Assembly (NCBI GenBank): GCA_051294375.1 | Contig: CM119264.1 | Coordinates: 25,997,376-26,061,375, forward strand | Source: Paraspadella gotoi | Lineage: Eukaryota > Animalia > Chaetognatha | Direction: 5' to 3' | DNA length: 64,000 nt | In this document: piece by piece, positions 45,298-64,000 of the stretch | How positions within the stretch are numbered: position 1 is the stretch's first letter | How the letters are laid out: the number at the start of each line of letters is the position of its first letter | Program-made: the position numbers and the translations under genes | Notes under the pieces: model-generated | The model's database searches: none | The model's input: the letters and a program-made list of their open reading frames with translations, nothing else | Told to the model about the DNA's origin: nothing

Positions 45298-45399
45298 CTT
45301 TAGACTTTAGACTTAAGGCTTTAGGCTTAAGGCTTTAGGCTTTAGGCATTAGGCTTTAGGCTTTAGGCTTTATGCTTTAGGCTTCAGGCGACTTTAGGC
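45298..45399 (+). repeat. Degenerate 7-bp tandem repeat (CTTTAGG)n, about 14 units
   Basis: ctttaga ctttaga cttaagg ctttagg cttaagg ctttagg ... directly visible. Confidence 0.9.
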
Positions 45400-47004
45400 T
45401 TTAAAAAAAAACTCGTCTGACAAGATTCGTCTTTTTTAAAAAAAAACCTGTACGATGAAATTTCGCCTTGTTTTGAATAGTTAAAATTTTACCGGCGTCT
45501 CATCTCGAGATTGAGAAACTTGTTTGAGGATCAGGGTGGGTAGAGCCGGGTGAGTTAACTAAGATGAAAGTCGTTTTCCTTCGAAAACCTAATTACAATG
45601 TTAAGCAAAATAATAAGTCAATGACAAATATCAACTAGTTCACTTTTTTTTTATCGAACGAATTTTACATTTCATAATTTTTAGACAGTTTATCTTTCAA
45701 ATCACTCAACAACGCGAACATGAAAGGAAATATTTCCGACGGATTTTTTTTGGTTTTTTTTTTCAAAACGGTTGAAGGATACAAAAAACAAAATTAGCAT
45801 GGTATTAAATTCGAAAGACTCAGAGAAATCATTGTTACCTTGCTCCATCTGAACTGCTTCGTTTCAAAACTTTGCTACTTCACGATGACTGATTATTTCA
45901 AATAGTTAGTTTGTTACATATTGCAAAAAAAAAGTGCCTGCGTGGTAATTTCTTTGTTGAAAAGCAATATATGTTTTTTTCTCCAGACTTTGAATTCAGT
46001 ATTTACTTAAATTATTTTTAAAAAACTTTAGCAATAGCGGAAAAAATCACTGCAGAAATAGCATAGATATATTTCCGAACCTCGTTAGAGAAACACAATT
46101 CATTTCATTACAAATCACAAACAATTACTTGCTCAACGTATATTGTCATTTACTTCCAACTGTAAATAATCTGTATCGCCAAGTAAGTTTGAAAAAGGTG
46201 CAATTCAGCTGAAAAAAAGTAGTAGAAAGGGCTTTTCAGAATTGTAATCGAATGAAAAAGAAAGTCTGATTCGGTTTTAAAATCGCCAAAAATCGGATTA
46301 ATGAATAATTTCATCTTTTATCTGTTTCTTTTGCCAACGCGGTCGAACGAGAGTAAAGAAATCAAATTATAAAGAAAGAACAGAGACCTAAAAGTGATAA
46401 TTGATATAAAAACGAAGATATGTTTAAAAAAAAAGAAAATCGTTTGGCAGAAAATAAAAAAAATTGGCTGGAGAAAAGAAATAGGAATGTTTGACTTTTT
46501 TATACGGATATTTACAACTCTTTCCGTTTGTTTGTTCATTGACGGTGTGGTGACATACGTGTTCTAAGAATTTCTCTATGACAAGATATGACGAATGTTA
46601 ATTCATTGGTTTCAGTATGTTCTAATGCAGTTAGTCTATGAGCAAACGAAAAAAAAAATAATTTTTTTTTTATTAAATGTTTCTTTTGAATGTACCTCGT
46701 TTTATTTGGTGATTTAAACGTAATGAATTCTCGATGCAAACGGTGAATCTGAAGGCGAAAATTAAACGAGTAGGCGATTTTACGCTCAAGATATTTAAAT
46801 AGCGACATTCTATTTTGGCACCGAATGAAATTAATGATTAGAAAACATATTTTGAAACAAGTTTAAAAACTATTTTCTTTTCTTCTTTCCCCCAATTCAT
46901 TGACGAAGAATGTCTCCGTTTTGCGTCGCAAGGAGAGGCGACTTCCATGGATTGCCATTTTCATTGCCAGCTTCCATGCCACTTTTCTATGCCATTCCTC
47001 GCTT

Positions 47005-54696
<7,692 letters not shown>

Positions 54697-56680
54697 TTAG
54701 CGGGAAGAAAAGATGGACTTAAAGATTAAGGCTTTTTAAAGAAAACGTTGAAAATTAGGATGGAAAAAGAAGAGGAGGGGTTTCGTTGAAAATTAGGATT
54801 AGGAATTTTGAAAACATGGAGTTTGATGGGAGCAAAAGAATTAGTTTTAAAATGAGGAATGCTGAGTAGATGAAGTGTAAACTGTAAAGGGAAGAAATAG
54901 GATGATGACTTGGTTGAGAATAAGAAATGTTGAATAGATGATAATCGGAGGTGCTCAGTAAAAGAAATGAAAAAAAATTATATTTCAGTAAAAATTAAAA
55001 CTAATGAAAAATAGCATGATTTGAAAAACGGGGACTAGTTAGAGGGAGTGTTGGGTCTGAAGAAGATTGTCATGTTTGCCCAGAGATGTTTGACGATGCC
55101 CTTTTCCCTCCGAAATTGGTGGTGACATTTCTACCCCCCTATTCACCCCCTCCCCCGAATCTCTTATACACAGCTGCGTGTTTGAGCTTTTATTTTTCTT
55201 CTTTTCTTTTTCTTCTTTTCTTTTTTCTCTTCTTGCGAATCAAATTTGCGAATTCAAAGCAAATATTTTAGATGATGTTTCAGAATCCCGATTTTAGAAT
55301 GATAAAGATTAAAACAGTCAAATTTTGGTTGCGGTAATATTGTGTTGCCTTTTTTTAAAATTTGAATTATCGTGAATAAAAAATAATATTTAAAAAAAAA
55401 AGAAGTTTTTCTCAGTCACGAACGGGTTTGTCAAAAGGGTGAAAAATGCGCAATGAAATTAGACAAGATTAGATTTAAAATTTCAAGTTTGTCAACATTT
55501 TTTTTAAAGAAAAATAAACTTTTTAACTTCTTAACTTTTTAACTTCCGCCAACATTTAAGCAACGCCTACTCTCTTCTCGGACGAGCTTAATTTACTCAC
55601 TTTTCCGCGAACAATAATCGAGTCATCGTCAGAGCGTAAATTACGTTTTCGCGTGATGTGGCCAATTCACTGATTTTTAAGGACAACGACGACAACGACG
55701 ACGACGACCAAAATGACGAATGAATGAATGAATGGAAAAAGTTTTTTTGGAGAAAAAAACAAAACACGATGGCGAATACGATGACGCCGATGATGACGAC
55801 AACGACGACAACGACGACAACGACGACGACGTGACTACTAGTACAACGAGGAAAAGGCACGACGCATACAAACGACGACGATTATTGGTAAACAAATCCG
55901 AAAACATTCCTCGCTGATTTGTCTCCCGATAAAAAAAAAAACTGGGCGAGAGATCTATATTCGTTTTTCGTTTCAGCGACTTTCGTCTGAGACTTCGAGA
56001 TCCACCATCGGCTGGATTTTCAGATCTCGCATCGTCGGGACTTTCAGAATGAAATTCGGATTTTCTTTTCGATCCACCATCGGTTTGGCGCGTCGTTGAA
56101 AATAAGTTTAAATAAGTAAAATAAAAATCTTAGAATAATAATAGTGTTGGAAGAAAATACTTATAGTTTTCGATATAAATTTCGATTGTAAAAAAGAAAA
56201 AAGAAATATATTGCTCGAAAAACAAAATAAAAAAAAGGTAAAGTGAATGAGTGTGAGGACGATGACTGGCCTTTAAGCAGTTAGCCTGTTAGGGAGGATC
56301 AGAAGAAAGGATTACATTCAATCCTCTTCCAACAATTAAATTTTCACTGAATCTCAACAAAGAATAAAATTACTTTTTTTCTTCTCGTCTGTTTCCACGA
56401 TCATTGAACTCGATCGATTTTTTTTTCAAAAAAACAAAAATGCAAAAAAGGAATTCTTTGTCTCCCAAACACATCGTCAGCAGTTGCAAATTCTCGCGGA
56501 TGACAAAGAAATTGTTGCCAAGCAACGGCGATCAGGGCCGCTGTAAACAAAAGCAGACGAGGGCCATAAAAATGGCGTCATCTGGTTTCACCGCGGGAAG
56601 GCCAGAAAGCGCCGGCCCCTTGGCCGGAAGTGGCGCGAAAATGGCTTTGACCGAATGGATGGCCAGTTCTCAGAGAGAGA

Positions 56681-56728
<48 letters not shown>

Positions 56729-57667
56729 AGGAGAGAGAGAGAGAGAGAGAGAGAAAGGAGAGAGAGCGCGCGTTTAAATTAGGTTGGAAATCGTTTACTT
56801 GAAATGGGGTAACAAATTTCTGGAGGAAAAAAAGCAGTTTGGTTTTTTTTCGTGATTCTACACTGCGGGGCAAAAAAAGTAGCCACAAGTTAGCTTTAAA
56901 TACACCACTATTTCTTTTTTTACCTTTGAAAAAATATATTTTAAAAGTATAGCTCTTTTAAAGAGCTATCGATTGGTGCGAGAAAAATTTAATTGGTTCA
57001 GGCAGTAGAACATAGCAAGACTTTAAAGTCAGAGTCTCAAAACGGAATTGGGAAAAAATTATTTCCAAAGATTAGAGTTGATGACACTTTTTTTCTGACT
57101 GAAGATTACAATATAGAATTGACAAAAATAGAAATAAAAATATAAAATGGTTAGCAATAAATTTGCTTCTTTTTTTTTTATAAAAATATTTTTTAAAAAT
57201 ACTGCTAAATATGACAATTTAATACTAAATACTAAAAATAATCAATTTTTTCAAAATTCTAAATTAATTCTAAGACAAAAAAAATAATTATAATATAATT
57301 TTGAAACTTTATTAGTCTGCTTTAACAAGAGATGCTATAAAAAAAATTAGTTGTGACAAAGATTTGAAAGTAACCTTGGGTACGTTATTACTCAATTGCT
57401 TTTGCCTTACTTTTAAAAGATTGTTTTTCAAATTTTTATATAGTTTTTTTACTTATTTGAATTAGATTTAGGTAAAAATGGTTGACACCTATCCCTACAA
57501 ATATTTTATGCCTAATTTGTTCAGCTAATATCATATTATAAATATTTAATAATAGGGAAAAGTCATAGACTCTGCGAGATTAAAATTGTTTTGTTCTCAT
57601 CAGATGTTGTACCAAACAACTTTGAGGTCCTATAACTTTAACAAGTGGTTACTTTTTTTCGGGTCAC

Positions 57668-57770
57668 ACCGCCGACGCCCGCCGACGCAAAAAGAAGCGC
57701 CCCGACGCCTGCCGACGCGAAAAGAAGCGCCCCGACGCTTGCCGACGCTTGCCGACGCTTGCCGACGCAA
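57668..57770. repeat. GC-rich tandem repeat (GCCGACGC units of 10 and 30 bp)
   Basis: gccgacgc(a/g)aaaagaagcgccccgacgc twice, then ttgccgacgc three times. Confidence 0.8.
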
Positions 57771-58803
57771 TAAGACTTCGCCTACGTGTACAACCATCGC
57801 TCGGTGCAGCGTTGAGGTGGATATCCGATCAAAACGACTTCGATAGGAAATGACCAGTGATCAGGTGTCCCAGTTATTAGCACGAAGTGAACAATTCCTT
57901 CGATTATCCTATCACAATCTAACATTATTCACATTATTCCTCTTTCGTGATCTTCCTTCCCTCCTTCCGATCCTTACCCCACTCTTATTTTCCCCCATCG
58001 CCCCTAACCCCAAATCCCACCTCCCCCCCCTGCCCCCGCGTCTTCCGCTTCTTTGCCCACGCGAAGATCCGTCGGAGGCGCTGGCGTCGGGGGAAAAAAA
58101 TGAAAAGGAAATAAGGAAAGAATAAACAAGAAAAGAAAACAAAGAAAGAAGGTTTTTTTTTCTGAAAAAAAAAAGGAATAAAAAAGATGCATAAACACGA
58201 CAACGATTATATTTTCGCTCAAAATGACGAGAAAGAAGTGAGTTTTTGGTGACGAGGACGAGAAAGATTATGGCTTTACGAGAAACGACAACGACGTCAT
58301 AAAATACGAGCCTTAATTCCGAAAAACAACTCATCTTTTTTTTTTCTATTTCTTTACAAAGATGAAGAGAGGAAAGATGAGAGAGTAAACAAGAGAGAGG
58401 TTCGTAAATAAACAGTGAAAGTGTGGAGCAGTACGAGGAATTAAAAAAAAAACAGTCAAGGAGCTGTTCTAGGAAGAAGCAGTTTGAGAAGTTTCAGTAA
58501 CAGTTAAAAAGCAAAGGAGCAGTTTGAAGATTTAAAGAAACAGTTAAGGAGCAGTTCGAGGAGTTAAAGAAACAATGAAAAAGCGATAAAAACTGTAAAC
58601 AAGCAATGAAGGAATTCAAAGAAACAGCGAAGAAGTACAGTACAGAAAATAAGCTGAGAGAAAATCCGTTTCCCAATTTCTCGACTCTTGTATTCGGAAA
58701 TCAGAAAAAAAAAGGGAAGCAGCCGGAGACGAGACCGAAATTACGACTCAGTTCAGAGAAAGTAAAGGATCTTTGGCCACTGCTGTCGCCGGAGATAGGC
58801 CAA

Positions 58804-62814
<4,011 letters not shown>

Positions 62815-63220
62815 GCGTCGACGCAAAAGGCTTTTGTCGACGATTGGATTCCGCGCGCGACGACGTCAATGGGTCTTAATTGCCGAACGAGGTCAGGGAC
62901 GACGACGACGACGACGACGATCACGACGACGACCACGACGAGGACATGCAGAACGACCATGACGATCCTGATGACGAAGGCGACGACCGCGACTTCTGAA
63001 CTTGCAAGAAAATTCGACGAATTGGCGGGACAATTTCATTGCGACTTCGCAGGTGGGCGCGTGACAGACTGAGAGGCATTGTGCGTGTTGTTAGGTCTTG
63101 TGGCGATGTGCATGGTGGTAAACTTAAAATTCTGAAAGTAATTTGTATACAGATTGGTATGTTTTATATTATTTTATACATATATATTATATCTCTCCAT
63201 TTCTCTGTCTCTCTTTCTTA

Positions 63221-63273
<53 letters not shown>

Positions 63274-63545
63274 TCTCTCTTTCATTCGCTCTCTTCATTC
63301 TTTCTTCTCTCCTCCCCTTCATCTTTCCCCTTTCTCTCTCTCACTCTCCCTTTCTCTCCCAAACTCCCCGCAGAACAATCAAGGCGCGTCGTGATTTCCT
63401 GATCTTTCCAACTTCCATTTTCTTATTTTGTTTTGGAGGCGAAAGATGGAAAGAAATATATCGGAAAAGGGTCCCCGGGTTTTCGGCGGCTGTGGCTGGG
63501 GTGGAGAGGGTGTTGCGGTTGTGGTGGTGAAGACAGCGGTCTTCC

Positions 63546-63581
<36 letters not shown>

Positions 63582-64000
63582 TTTATCCTCATTTCGTCAT
63601 GAGTGTGTTTGCTGCGGTTGGCATTGCCCTTATCGTTGCAATTGAAATCGTCGTCTTGAAAAATCCTGTGGTTACCAGTCTTTCTCGTTGTTATTGTCCT
63701 TGACATAGTCTTGTCATCTATGCCAGGTCCATGCGATCATTGGGAGAAAAGCTGTCAGTATAATTGAAATAAAACTGTCATTGCAACGATATCGACTTAA
63801 AATACGACAGTCACGTGACTTTCTCTCTTTTTTTTATTCTTTTTTTATCCGGTCTCCAAGACGACGCTTCCCATTTTATTTCGTCTCATTCGACAATCGA
63901 GTCTAGGATTTCAACGTCGACGCAGCCGAATGTCGCAACCCACTTTTTCGGGTGAGTCTCTCTTCGCCCGAAAGAAAATCTTTTGTCATCATCTCCGTCG

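Overview
Eukaryotic (metazoan, probably spiralian invertebrate) genomic DNA from a gappy long-read scaffold, with AT-rich GT-AG introns, GC3-rich exons and abundant (GA)n/(GAC)n microsatellites. Recognisable genes are adenosine deaminase (+, ~510-1900), the 3' half of vinculin (+, D3-D4, hinge and tail, stop at 28778), a complete 9-exon beta-tubulin (-), an intronless 207-aa coiled-coil ORF I do not recognise (+), a four-repeat beta-thymosin and a single-repeat beta-thymosin in tandem (+), and the RhoGAP-domain exons of ARHGAP39/vilse (-). Segment 6439-13768 is a redundant second haplotype of vinculin inserted at a gap, and it carries an 870-bp TTAA-flanked element absent from the other copy. 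The most unusual locus is vinculin: up to ~450 aa of candidate extra hinge exons (one with an LD-like motif), a 2-exon antisense gene and a 4-exon same-strand membrane-protein gene predicted inside its introns, a candidate internal bidirectional promoter, and a 15-aa in-frame exon in the tail. All exon models were built by hand from splice signals and phase, and none has transcript or database support.
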